From the NCBI RefSeq assembly GCF_032191835.1, contig NC_083223.1:84072001-84136000 (forward strand): DNA of 64,000 nucleotides, in the 5' to 3' direction. Below are positions 35,720 through 49,085 of the stretch, one piece after another. The notes under the pieces are model-generated. The model saw only the letters and a list, made by a program, of their open reading frames with translations. It made no database searches and was not told the DNA's origin. The DNA is from Heteronotia binoei (lineage: Eukaryota). The stretch's first letter is position 1, and the number at the start of each line of letters is the position of its first letter. The position numbers and the translations under genes are program-made.

Positions 35720-38079
35720 GGCCAGGCAATGCACTAAGCCAGGAGTAGGACTGGGAAAGATCCAGCCTGGGGTAAGCAGCAGACAGCAGCAGACTACCAG
35801 GCTCCCTCAGTCATCCACCCCAACAATAAAAGAAAAATAACCCTTAACATCAGAAAATGTGCCAATATGGTGCCTGCCAGAAGCAAACAAGAACCAGGCT
35901 GGACTGCAGCAAGCCCCACCACAAGCCCAGACAACTATAGTGACCTCCACAATAACCTCCACAAGATCACCCCCCCCTCCGCTCTCACTCTCTTACCTGG
36001 TGTCCAGAGAGGCTTACTGCAGGCTGCACACAGAATAGGAACACTGAAAATGTGGAACAGGCTCTGCTGGCTGGCAAATAAGAGAGGCTCAACTAGGTTG
36101 CAATGCCATCACTACTGCTAGTAGAATGTATTTGGCGGGCCTCAATGTCAATGTTGTGTAAAGCCCGCCTACTCTTAAAACTGCCCATTTGAGAGCCTGA
36201 TCCACTATGACAGCACTTTACACCAACAAATGGGGATATATCCAGGAGAAAATGGGGGGGGGGGGGTCAACCACTCCGCCTTCCTCATCATGAGTGGTTG
36301 TTATAAGGGAGCCCTACGCTGAATCTTTCCCTCCCAGCCAGCATAGCCCACCTACTGCTCAAACTCCTCCTTCCCCGTTCTCAGGAAGATGCTTTCTGAT
36401 TCTTGTTTCCTTTAAGAATGATCATTGAGAAATGGAGAGCAGAGCCGTGAAGGAACTTAAGTTTCAAGCACAACAAGCAAATAACCTTTAAATGTCCTTT
36501 GCTTTCCAGAGAAAATAGTTTGTTTGGTTTCCTTTGCCTGATCCCAAATTCTGTAGCTGCATGCTCCTCTCTGCACTATGTTTGTTTCTTTCGCATAGGT
36601 AAGAATGGTCTCCTTACACAAAGTATTTATGAGTACTTTGGTTAGCAGAAACAAAAGGAGGAGCAAACTGCTCATTTGAAGGTGTGAGGCAGTCTGTGAG
36701 GGACTCGGGCTTTTCTCCTCCTCCTTCCTGATTTGTCATTCTCCCAGCCCAATTTAATCCAGCATTGTCTGCTTAGCACCAACAGTGATACAAATGCAGG
36801 GTTCAGAGGGGGCTGCGGGAACTGAGGCTGCAGAGGGGGTAACTATGGTGTTGGGTGGAAGAGACATTTGTTTTGCTCTGTTCCAAACCATGCCTCTAAA
36901 TTTCCAACAGAGGAAGGGAAATCATTGCTCCCTCTGCATGCCCTCTCTCAGGGGCTTGGAGTAGAGGAGAGGGGAGGGAGTAGGCAATTTTTTTTTCACA
37001 CCAGCCCCTGCTTCCCAATGGAAGCTTGCTTTTTGTTGACATACACAGGCTGGCTTTTAAAGCTGTCCTGAGAGCAGAAGACTCTCAGGAGCAAGAAAAA
37101 AAAGGGGTGGGTGGGTGGTTTCCTTTGATTTGTTTTTAAAGCAGGACTTTTTTCCCTACATGCTTTTTAAAAATCCTCTCTCTCCAGAGACTTTGGGGGG
37201 ACACCACCTGTTTCTGTGTGTTTCTTTTCCAGTCCCAGCTACAGAGAAGGGTAAGGGGATTCTGGAACTCCCACATTGAAGAGATGGAGGGCGGATGCAA
37301 CAGAATCCACCTGAGGCAGTGGAGCATCTCCATTTTGGGGACAGCAAGCCCAGCTCCACCACACACACCCCACCTCCAACCCTCACAGAGAGGCCAGCAG
37401 CCCCGACAGGGAAAACTCCCACCCCACCCGCCTACCCAGGAGCTTGGGAGGCTGGCTCTGCTACTTCCCAACTTTTCCAGAGATGGGCCCACAGCCACCC
37501 GATACCTCCAGAGCACAGCCTAGGTCTCTTTGTCCTGGGTGGGAGATCCAGAGGGGACAGAGCAAGAAGAGCTGGAGAGCGCCCAGGAGCAAAGGAAGAG
37601 CACTCACACACACATGCTCTGAATCAGCTCTGGCGCTCTCTCTGGTGGCAGGAGAAAAATGCAACCAGATGTAGCCTCAGTCTCAGGATTTGCTGCCACT
37701 GCAGCACCCAGTTCCAGGTGCTGTTTTAAGAAAGTTTATGAGTTCGTGTTGGGGCCACATTCAAATCAATCCTGGGCCAAAGGTTGGACAAGCTTGGTCT
37801 ACATGTATGTGCTCTACATTTACCCCTGCTGAGCTCAAGAATATTAAGCACAACTTGCCAGCTAAGCCTTCCAGAATTCCAACTTCAGCAGACTGCAAAT
37901 CTCCTTAAACTCTAATGCTGTCTTGTGCTGGCAATAGAGTCACTCTGGTAAGTGAGCAATCATACCCTTAACCAATCCTGACCCTCTCCATGTCTTATGA
38001 CACAGCACAGTTCCTTCTGTACTGTTGAGTAAAATAATTTATGCCATTACCTGGAAAGTGTTATACCTGCAGTTACCTA

Positions 38080-40992
38080 CAAAATGTAGTAATTAACATT
38101 TATTCCACAGCACACTGGAACAGGATTGCCATTGGTTCTTGGATTTAACTTTTCACATGCATAGGCTGCAATGACATGTTAGCACTCTTCACACTGCTCT
38201 GCATTCTCATGGTAGAACCGGCTGAGAAATGTGGGTGTACCACATCCCATCTGGCTAATCTGACAGATGTATGCAAATAGCAGTGCTTTAGATAACTTGT
38301 GCTATTCCTAATACTATAGTTATTTTCCCTGCCAATTACATTTCGCTATAAATATGTGTGCCCTTAAGTTGATCCCAGTATCAATTTCAGCTAACTAATC
38401 AAATTATCTGCTAAGGTTTCAGGAATTATAGCCCTCTCTTTATTTAAACAAAATGAGATGGCTTTTAACTCTCAGAACTTGCCAAGAATAGATTTATTTC
38501 AAAGTTGAAAAGACTGTTTTCAGAACACAGACCTTTAGCTTCGATAAACGTTGTGCACAAGTCAGCAAAATCCAAGACGTTTAAAAAAAAAGGCAAGGGT
38601 CAAATTTGGAGATTAATGCAAGGGAGTTCTCAACACTCTGGAATGGCTCCTGAACAAGCTAGCTTATAAGGCCGTATTTCACATGAAAGACCATTCATGC
38701 ACAGTGGCTCGCCATAGCAACTGGAAATCACCATGTTTCTTCCATGCCTTTGCAAATGTTTTGCAGTGGTTCATGCAGACAAATGGATTTTTTTTGGGGG
38801 GGGGAAGGGAGAAGAATGCAACCATTCCACCTGGCTAGTTACATGGAATAGCTGTATCAGTTTTAAGAAGTATCTAAACGGGTGGCTGTTTTTGCAATAT
38901 GATCCTGAAAAAATGGGCAAGTCTATCGACTCAACGGCTTTAACATATATTTTGATGAGTCAGCTATCTTTTAGGAAAAGGTTGTTTTTCAATAACTTGA
39001 AACTTTTGCAAGTACTTAAAAACATATGACCATACAAAGGCTGCAATCCTGTACACTCTTCCCTAGGAGTAAACCAAACTGAACACAGTCTTAAGTTTGT
39101 CAGTACAGGCTTCTTATCTCAGGTAGCACTGAAAGCATATTGTATGTTATCAAATACACTCAGTATGACAATTCACACCACTAGTCAGTGCTAAAAAAAA
39201 ATCATTATTTCTTCCCACAGAATTATGGAAATGGAAGAGAAGTGTGGAATTGCATGTATTCCTTTCAGACTTTTTAAACCATGGATATTGGGGTTTTTAA
39301 AAGAATTTACATAAATGAGCCTATGTGGTAAAACCATGATGGAGACATATCTTTCCCATCTGTACTATCTCAAGATTTATCTCAATGTTTCCAAGCACTT
39401 ACACAATACATACATTCCCTGCTTTGTTATTGTATTCCTGCATCTGCAAGCATTCTATGCATTTTTCAAGCATGGCAGCCATTTTATTCTGTGATTCCAA
39501 AGCAGCAAACCTTGAATGTATGTAGAAAACCAAATCTGAAGTAGTTTGAAAAGCACATTCAGAGATCATAATAAGGAGGCCTGTTATTCTCAGTAAAGTA
39601 ACCCCATGGGGCAGATGTAAGCACAGTCATGCCTGAGGACACTCTTTGGATTGTAAGCCACATTCTTGTGAAAAAAAAATGACAGCAGAAGAACTAACTA
39701 GTATTCATAATGTATTTTCTGTGGCTCACTATCAGATTTTAATTTTGGAGAAAAACCCTAACAATATCCTCATTTCTTCCAAAAAAGATACCGTTAAACC
39801 ACAACCCAGGCAAATTTCTTTACATCTTCCAATTACAGTGGGAGAGAACAGAGAAAGGGTCTTTCTACCAGCAGCTATTCTCTACTCCCTCCTGCATATG
39901 CTGTACTATACACCTAAAATGCTGGTTGCTACAGCAACTGAGACTGGATAGGTGTACAGCAGGACTGGGGAGAAAAGTGTCTGGAGCTATATTCTCTCTC
40001 CTTTAATGCCATGAGATTTCAAAGAATATATCTGTGTTACATGGTGGGAACTGTAAGACACAGAGAGGCCATTTTTAAAAACAATCTCTTGTATGTAAGA
40101 GCCCTAATTGCTTCATCAATCTTTAGGGCCAGTCTGCTCACATGACCTGAATAAATGTTTACCATATTATCCCCATTTCCTTGCACCTCAAAATGAAAAA
40201 AATGCAGGGTTTTTTTTAAAAAGAAGGAATACGAAGTTACAAGAATTTTAGTCCATGCACAAAATTATCCAACATAATAGCACAGAGCCAGCATGGTGTA
40301 GTAGTTAGTGTCAGACTAGGATTTGGGAAAGTGAGGTTCGGAACCCTGCTGGGTGACCTTGGACCTAACATACCTCACAGGGTTGTTTTGAGGGAGAAAA
40401 TGGAGAAGTACGTAAGGCACCTTGAGTCCCCATTGGGAAGAAAGGTGGGATATAAATGAAGTAAATCAGCTTAGATTTCCATTTATTTCGATGTGGAAGA
40501 AGAATCTATTCAAAAGGGGAAATGTTGTTCAGACATGATCACTTCTTGCTTGTGGAATTCCCCTCCCTCCCGACCAAATCTTGCCAATGGCCTGACATAG
40601 AAGAAAAACAAACAAGAACTTTCTAAAAAACTGGAAGATTTCTACATTGCTCTTATTGCATTAACACCAAAGGATCTTACAATGTAGCAGCGACTTAAGT
40701 CACTTTTTTAAGGCTAGCCATCACACAAGGGCATGCAAACAGCCAGAGTTCATTGCGTTTTGCTTTATATTTAGTGCTGCTGATCATTCAGGTTTCTGCT
40801 TTCACCCTTCTCAAACAACTCAATGTTCAACCAAATAAAAAGGATATTGAACTGATGCTGGAAGAGCAGCAGATAAGTACACATTCAGCCCACACCAATA
40901 AGGAAACACTCAGGAATTGTCGTATTATAGGATATTTTTAAAAAAAGAAAAAAGTTTTCTGTGCATCATTGCCAATTTGAAGTCCCACTGAA
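38080..40992 (-). other. MAP3K7: Probable MAP3K7 3' UTR
   Basis: AT-rich sequence after the stop, with one SINE insertion; minus-strand AATAAA at 38439-38444 and 38099-38104. The true end cannot be determined from sequence alone. Confidence 0.5.
40284..40461 (+). mobile_element. MIR-like SINE in the MAP3K7 3' UTR region
   Basis: agagccagcatggtgtagtag...gggtgaccttgg...cctcacagggttgtt core. Confidence 0.7.
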
Positions 40993-41217
<225 letters not shown>

Positions 41218-41514
41218 TTACATATCTGACAAACAGCTAGAAGCAATCTTTTAATAATTACTCATTAATGTAATGCACCATGCTTCAGCAAGACATGAAG
41301 AGAACATCAGGAAACCTTGCACTGACTAGGGGATCATAGCAGCCAATGAATAGTGACCTTCTAGCTGGCAGATCCATATTCTTATCTCTATCCCCCACAA
41401 TTATCTACTCTTTCTCTCCTTATGGAAGTCCCCATAGCCCCACTCTTCTCAGCTTCCTTCTTTCCTTCCGTATCAATGACTTCACCTTTTATTTGTCTCC
41501 CATCTTCAACTATA

Positions 41515-41730
41515 CTTGTTATAGCTGATATATAATTGATATCTCGCCTTTCTCCACAATAGGAACTCAAAGCAGTTTACACTATCCTCTCCTCCATTTA
41601 ATTTTCACAACCATCCTATAGGGTAGGTTATGCTTAGAATATGTGACTGGTTCAAAGTCACCCAGTGAGCTTCTACAGCAGAGTCTCTCTGATCCTAGTC
41701 AGAAACTCTAACCACTCACCACAATGGCTT
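41515..41730 (-). mobile_element. MIR-like SINE in MAP3K7 intron 16
   Basis: Reverse complement of the same tRNA/core SINE family. Confidence 0.65.
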
Positions 41731-42252
41731 TTAAGCTGCTATTAAACAACAGTGAGCAGCTAGGACTGGGTGAGTCATGCAAGTTGACAGGTGATTTGCT
41801 GCAGCTTGGTCCTCTCTCAAAAGCTAAAACAGGCTCTGCCCCTTCGCTCTGCACCTTTTCTTGATGGAAACCAAAGCTTGAAGGCTGGCAGTACTATTGT
41901 GGTTGCTTAGTATTGGCTACTGAAGGCATTTGTTTCTGAAAGGTATAGGCACTGCTTTCTTCATTTTGTGGGGTTTTAACCTGCAATTTCTATTCATGAG
42001 ATTTCATATTCTTCTGCAAACCTGAGGCTTTTCTCAGATTTGTAGAAAGCTCTGCCTTCTGTCCATGGCCCCAATCTAAGTATCCACAGATGGGGCCATG
42101 TTGAGATTAGATACACTGATATTAATCAGTCATCATGGACTCCAGAAGGGCAATCACTTCTTCATGAAGTTACAGCTGTATGTCAAGCTTTACTGGACAA
42201 AGATTATACCAGTCATAAGGCTACCCCCACTTATGAGAACACATTTTACTTA

Positions 42253-42381
<129 letters not shown>

Positions 42382-42948
42382 TCAGACACGTTAGAAACAA
42401 ATAATGGGATATTTCAAGCATGCAGGTTGTCAAATTTTGCCTGAAGTGGTTTTATATCAGTTTTCCAAAACTGATTATCCTATGCCCTGGAAAACCATGA
42501 TATCATACCAACATTTGCCTGTCTTGCTAAAAGAAAATCTTTGTCACAAAGAATGAATTTCACTCATAGTATATTGAGATGTATAAATAAAAATAATCTG
42601 CAGAACAACTATATGCTGGCAAACAAACAGCAATAAGGACCCTTCATTCCTGAGCGAAGTGTTTCAGGATGGGCATCTTGACTCCCCCAGGCCACAGGAG
42701 TATTAAAGCAAAGGCATTGGTAGTTGGCTATTTCATCGGTGCTAAACAAGGGCCCCCAAATAAGATGCACTTCTGAAGACATCCAGATGAACTACCACTT
42801 GATTGTCTAAGCTGCTGTATCAGAACTGCTAATCATAGCATCAGATTAATAGAATCAGATATAAATATTGGGGACTACAGTTTCTACATCTTGTCCTTAC
42901 ATCAAACAGGGTCAACCAAGCATCTTTCCCCCCCTCAAGGAAAAAAAA

Positions 42949-43198
42949 AGGAAAGGTCCCCTGTGCAAGCACCAGTCGTTTCCGACTCTGGGGTGATGTC
43001 CCTTTCACAACATTTTCACGGCAGACTTTTTACGGGGTGGTTTGCCATTGCCCTCCCCAGTCTGGGTACTCATTTTACTGACCTCGGAAGGATGGAAGGC
43101 TGAGTCAACCTTGGGCCGGCTACCTGAATCCAGCTTCCGCTGGAATCAAACTCAGGTCGTGAGCAGAGGGTTCAGACCACAGTACTGCAGTACTGCTG
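42949..43198 (-). mobile_element. Sauria SINE in MAP3K7 intron 15
   Basis: Reverse complement of the Sauria SINE body, with an internal deletion. Confidence 0.85.
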
Positions 43199-43254
43199 AT
43201 CCTCAAACACAGTCATAAAAAGAGGCAAGTATAACAAACCAATAGCTCCCTTCA

Positions 43255-43398
<144 letters not shown>

Positions 43399-44220
43399 TC
43401 AACTATTCAAAGTGATCTTAAACATGCTGAATCTTTGCAAGAGCCCACTTTAACAATGATTTCATTAAGAGGTTGTAAAGGATACTTTGAGATGATTAAG
43501 TTTTGTGTGGCATTTGCTTACTTCTTCCTGTATATACATGGAAAAACCTAATGGCCTACATCAACTGGTCATGCAATAAAGCAGTTTATCACTGATCAAC
43601 CACACAGAACAGCTAAGTACTGGAAATGTAACCAAGTCAGGTTCATTGTGTGAAGGGTCTCTGTATTTTTATTCCAGTAGATGTCTGAATTGAATTTTAA
43701 TATCTGAAATAGCCAAAATGCTGATTTGCTTTTTAAAGAAATAACTTTTAAGATGGTTAACAACTAACTTGATATTGTGTTGTATTGTTATTCTATGCTA
43801 TCCCAAAAACTCTATGGAGTCAGGCAGAAGGATATTAACCTCTAATGAATTAAGCAAAACAATATTTGTTGGCCTATGACAATAACCTGTGTGCTACCGG
43901 TGTAAGTTGTTCCCCCAGGTTAGTCTGTTTCAATGTCTAATTTTCCAAACCTATTTACAAAATATTATCTTATTATTACAGAACACTGTATACAAGGACA
44001 GACTCCTAGGGTGGGTTACTGTTGTATGAAAAAACATAGGAAGGCCCATGGAGTGGACTGGACTTCATTCTGGTCAGTTTCTACCTATAAAACTTAAGTA
44101 ACTTTTTCATATTGCACTGGTAGTCTCATAAATTCTACCCTCTGCTCTAGGTCGATATCAGCAATTGTTTCAGTGAGAAGTCTTGCCCCTTTAAGTCTTA
44201 AGGTCGTACAAAGATATCCA

Positions 44221-44403
44221 TCCTATCTGTCATGTACACACTGCTTACTATTCTAGATTAAAATATTTTACAAAGCATCTTTTGCATGGAACCTTTACTC
44301 CAAGTACTTGCTTTGTAACAAAACTGACATTCCAAAGTCTAATACCATGAGATTTGTAAAATATGTTGTACATGGTAATACATGTACAACAAGGTAAAGG
44401 TGA
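44221..44403 (+). repeat. 183-bp exact direct repeat, copy 1 (MAP3K7 intron 14)
   Basis: Identical to 45655-45837 base by base as read. Confidence 0.95.
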
Positions 44404-44438
44404 CTGCCATCCCCCACCACTGTGTGCCCATTTTATTA

Positions 44439-44837
<399 letters not shown>

Positions 44838-45654
44838 TTAAACCAGCTGTTATTTGGATGATGCCACAGCTATCTCCCCACCCCCAAACAGGAAAATATT
44901 TTTGAGCACTTTTTAAATTGTTCTGCTATAGTCATTTACTATTAACTATTCTATAAAAGTTGTTACTCCCAAATGTTTGAAATTAACATTATCTCAAATT
45001 GTTTGAAATCAAGCAACGGTACCAGCTGCTTTTAACAATCTGACTGAAGTGACAGTCTAGTTTGATCACGACCATTTTTCTTGTGGGCTTGAAGTTAACG
45101 TGGTGATTTTCAAATGATACAGCAGGAATGTCAACTGGGAGATGTTCTTAAGTCTGTATTGAATCATGAAAGCAGAACTTTGGTAAAAATTGTTACTTTA
45201 GTACAGGGCTTTTTTTTTGTAGAAAAAGTCCAGCAGAAACTCATTAGGCCACACCCCCTGATGCCACGCCAGCTGGAACTGCGTTCCTGTGCATTCCCGC
45301 TAAAAAAAGCCCCACTTTAGTAGATTTATATTGTCTGCAGTGGCAAAAATCTATCAGAAATCAGTCTAGGTTCCTACAGTTCCAGACCAGCATTGCTTCA
45401 GATATAACACAGGAAAAAAAGTAAGATCAACATCAAAGAAACCTGCACAGATAATTTCATATTACAAAACAATTGTGTGCTTGAAACAAAATTATGACAT
45501 CACAAAATAAATCAGAGTAAAATGCACATGCACAGCTGCTAGTGTGGCACTACAGATTGGGATGCTTCCTCTGCTATTCCAGCCCCTGCTGCCCAAAGCA
45601 TAATGACTAATGAGAGATTTCTGACTTCTTCCTTATGTTGAAAAATGGATAGAC

Positions 45655-45837
45655 TCCTATCTGTCATGTACACACTGCTTACTATTCTAGATTAAAATAT
45701 TTTACAAAGCATCTTTTGCATGGAACCTTTACTCCAAGTACTTGCTTTGTAACAAAACTGACATTCCAAAGTCTAATACCATGAGATTTGTAAAATATGT
45801 TGTACATGGTAATACATGTACAACAAGGTAAAGGTGA
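45655..45837 (+). repeat. 183-bp exact direct repeat, copy 2 (MAP3K7 intron 13)
   Basis: Identical to 44221-44403. Confidence 0.95.
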
Positions 45838-46480
45838 AAAATGTGGAGCAATACTACAGAGAAAGACTTGCAGACCTGCTCTCTACATCCCACAGTTCCT
45901 TTTTATAGACTAAAAGAGTGTATCCAGATTATACACTGACAAGTGTGTAAGGAAATGCCCCTAATTTCCAGAACACCGTAGTCACCCGTCTGGTTGCCAG
46001 AGTGCCTGGAGACAGAGCTCTCACACATCTGCCAGAAGGACGTGGGTTTGCCTACCAGACTGGAAAGGACTTATGAGTACTAACAGCCACAACGCTAAAG
46101 CAGCGCTCCATGTCTCTGGAAGAGCGCCAGCAAGGAGAATGGATGGTTTTCAGTCGCTTCGGGCGAACGCCATCTCTGTCTTGGAGTGGAAGAAAGTGCG
46201 CTGTTAGGAGCTATCCAGGCCATGCGGTTTTCAGCCTTGACCATACAATCCACTTTGGGAGGCTAATACCTGCTATCTTCCAGCAGTGCCAAGACTCCAT
46301 TTTAGCACAATGGGAAGCACACGTACGCAACAGATGTTACCCACCCATGGAGCCATCAAGCTTATCCAGGTGTGGACCCTGCCGAACCACCAAAGCATTT
46401 GTCCAACAGAACCCAGGACAAAGACTGGTGGCAAGAAGAACACTGAAGAAGAAGACCATCTTCAACCAGAGCAAACCAGG

Positions 46481-47147
46481 TGTTACCTAGGTAGTAATTT
46501 GGCCATCTATTGTCGCCTTTTTAGATAAGTATAATAATCTTAAGCACCCCTCCACCCAGTAATTTCTCCCATTCCTCTCCCCAAGTGTCAGTCTGGAGCC
46601 TCCCCCTTGACCCATGGTTACCTGTTCAGCCAATCAGGTAACCCAGGCCCAAGCTTGTTCATTGGGCACCCAATTAGGTGCCACCAATTAACCTGCTATT
46701 GGCTACTGCAGAAGTCTGGCCCTTATGGTCATTGCAGAGCCTCCCCTTTTTCCTCCCCCATACCTCCCATCTTCTGAGGGTCCAAGGTAGTCTATTTAAC
46801 CTCTGACGCACCTCAACTCAGGTGTGAATCTAGCCGTACCCTATCTCCGCTGTCTAGATCCATCCCCGATCTTGGCCAGTTGAGGGTCCCATTTTCCCTG
46901 TCCTCTTTCGTCGCCATTGGAGCCTTCCTTGAAGACTACGATAGGTAATTATTACCCTGTTTGTCTATCCATGTGTTGTCTCTATCTCTCTCTCTATTTT
47001 TCTTAGGACTGTAGGAATGATTTTATGAGTATTTTATCTTGTATGTAAGCCTATATTTTCTGGAATAAATTTTAATTGTTTTACTTAGAGTCCCTAATAT
47101 TTTAAGCATTAATTTCTGGATGTGGAATCCTGTATACACAGGTAAAA
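46481..47147 (+). mobile_element. LTR-like remnant in MAP3K7 intron 13
   Basis: Begins TGTTACCT and ends AGGTAAAA (7/8 inverted match); CCAAT, TATA-like and AATAAA in order; no TSD or PPT found. Confidence 0.35.
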
Positions 47148-47333
47148 GATCCTGATTAAGCCAGGTGCCCACCTGACAATTCCCCATCCTCATTTTGAGG
47201 GCATTTTGGCTTACAAGTGGGTGCCTGCAGGGATTTGTTGGAAGCATCTCATTTACTCCTACCATTTCTTTTTTCCCTTTCCTGAAAGCCCCCAGAGCAT
47301 CTCCTCTTTTCTTTCTTCCTCCTGTCTTTCGAG

Positions 47334-47636
47334 GGTTGCCAACCCTCAGGTAGGACCTGAAGAATCGCAATGGATCCTGGAATCATAGTGGATCTCCCAA
47401 CTGTAGCAATCAGTTTCCTACCTTAGTGTAGTGAGTTCCAGGTTGGGAAATTCCAGATTTGGGGTAGAGCCATGTGTATTGGGGCGGAGGGGGGGGCGGT
47501 TTGGGAAGGGAAGCAACCTCAGCAGGGTATAATGCTCCAGAGCAGCAATGTTCTTAAGATAAATGGATTTCTGTCATCTAGAAAGCAGTTATAATTCCAG
47601 TTGATCTCTATGCCCCTGGGAAGTTGGCAACCCTAG
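47334..47636. mobile_element. MITE with AGGGTTGCCAA termini
   Basis: agggttgccaac...gttggcaaccct inverted termini; related fragments near 3730 and 18725. Confidence 0.7.
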
Positions 47637-48499
47637 CTGTTGCCAAGCCTGGATTTACCAACCCCCAGGTGGAACCTGGAATTTTCCCAGAATTGCAACT
47701 GAACTCCAGACAACACAGATCTGTCCCCTGTAGAAGAAGGATGGTACTAAACTATGTTTGGGATATGACACTCTTCCAGGTGGTCAGAGGCCTTTTTGAA
47801 TCTGGCTATGGTATAACATCTGGCTGAGGCCTCTCCCTTCCCCAAATCCTGCCCTCCTCGGACTCCACCACAAAATTCCCAACCTAGAGCTGGAAACCCT
47901 ACCTGGCCTGGCCATGGCCCCAAAAAATCCTCCCTCAAAGGACAAAATAGGCCTGGAGAGGACCCTGCACCCTTGCCCTGCCTTTTACTGACAGAACAAA
48001 GCATGGAATACTGAAGTTGCCTAGCAACAGCCTCTGAAGGAATCCACTGCTTGAAGCTACAGGTGCTTTATCATTTTAGGTTTTTTAAACCCCCTCCAAT
48101 GTGTGTGTTTGTATGTATGTATGCATGCAAGCATGTGTGTGTGTGTGTGTGTGTATCTATATATCTCCACATTTTCCTGCAAACCTAGGCTATTCATGTT
48201 TGTAGAAAAATCTGTCTTGCCTGTTCACAGCTACACTCACAGATTAAATATCCTCAAATTTAGCCGACTTGGCTGTAAGTATACAGGTTTATGACTGCGT
48301 GCAGTCCCCTGGAAAAATGAAGGTGGTTTATCACTAATGCAAAGAAAAGCTATCCATTGAATCAGATGGCCTTACTCTTCCCTGTCCCTATATTGTTTGA
48401 AGGTGAAGAACCATGTACACCATCCAGAGCACCTTGGAGGAAGATGGGACAAAATACACTAGATTGATATACATACAGTCAGAAGCCTTACTCCAGGCA

Positions 48500-48960
48500 C
48501 AGCATTGTGCCTGTACAGTGTATGGAAATGGCACTGTTGAATCTAGCCTGCAAGAGGAGGTAGACTACTCGGTAGCTTGCTGTGACCATTTCACTCAGCA
48601 CTTTGCAGATAAAACCTTTCACATCCATTCCAACTTGAATTCTATATTAGCAATGATGGCGTCAGCTGGGAACAGGTTGCTGAGACTGAATAAGTTGAGG
48701 AGTATCTCAAACAACTGAACAGACTGTGGATATAGTCAGGATCCTTGGAGGTTTTAAGCTTACCACTTCCTTGTGTGACTTTTGCCCTTCCAGGCTTCAA
48801 GTGTGTGTATGGGTAGTTTACTGGGTTTGAGAGGTAGGTGAGGCCTTTGTGTGGGTATGTGGGGGGGGGGAATAGTTGCCTTAAGTGTGAAATAGGCATC
48901 CACTTCTAAAGAAGCCAATCCTGGACCTAGGAGATTGCAAAAACTATTGACCAGTCTCAA
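48500..48960 (+). mobile_element. L2 LINE ORF2 fragment
   Basis: CCDHFTQHFADK-like L2 motif; degenerate. Confidence 0.55.
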
Positions 48961-49085
48961 ATATCCCATTCTTAAGCAAGAAATGGATGGTAGCTGGACA
49001 ACTTCAAGCTTTTTTGTATTAAGCCAATTGTTTAGATCCTTTTCAATCTGGTTTTAGGCCTGAAACAATCCTGGTCATCCTGCTG

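Larger units (their letters stand above)
34456..37796. mobile_element. Composite non-autonomous hAT-Charlie element with MER30-like termini
   Basis: 8-bp TSD GTCTACAT (34448-34455, 37797-37804); termini CAGGTGTGTCCAA / TTGGACAAGCTTG; arms resemble the MER30 consensus as I recall it; no transposase ORF. Confidence 0.9.

Noticed and set aside
37295-37729. 144-aa ORF inside the composite hAT
   Set aside because: No recognisable domain, low-complexity composition, and it runs into the terminal arm; not a transposase.
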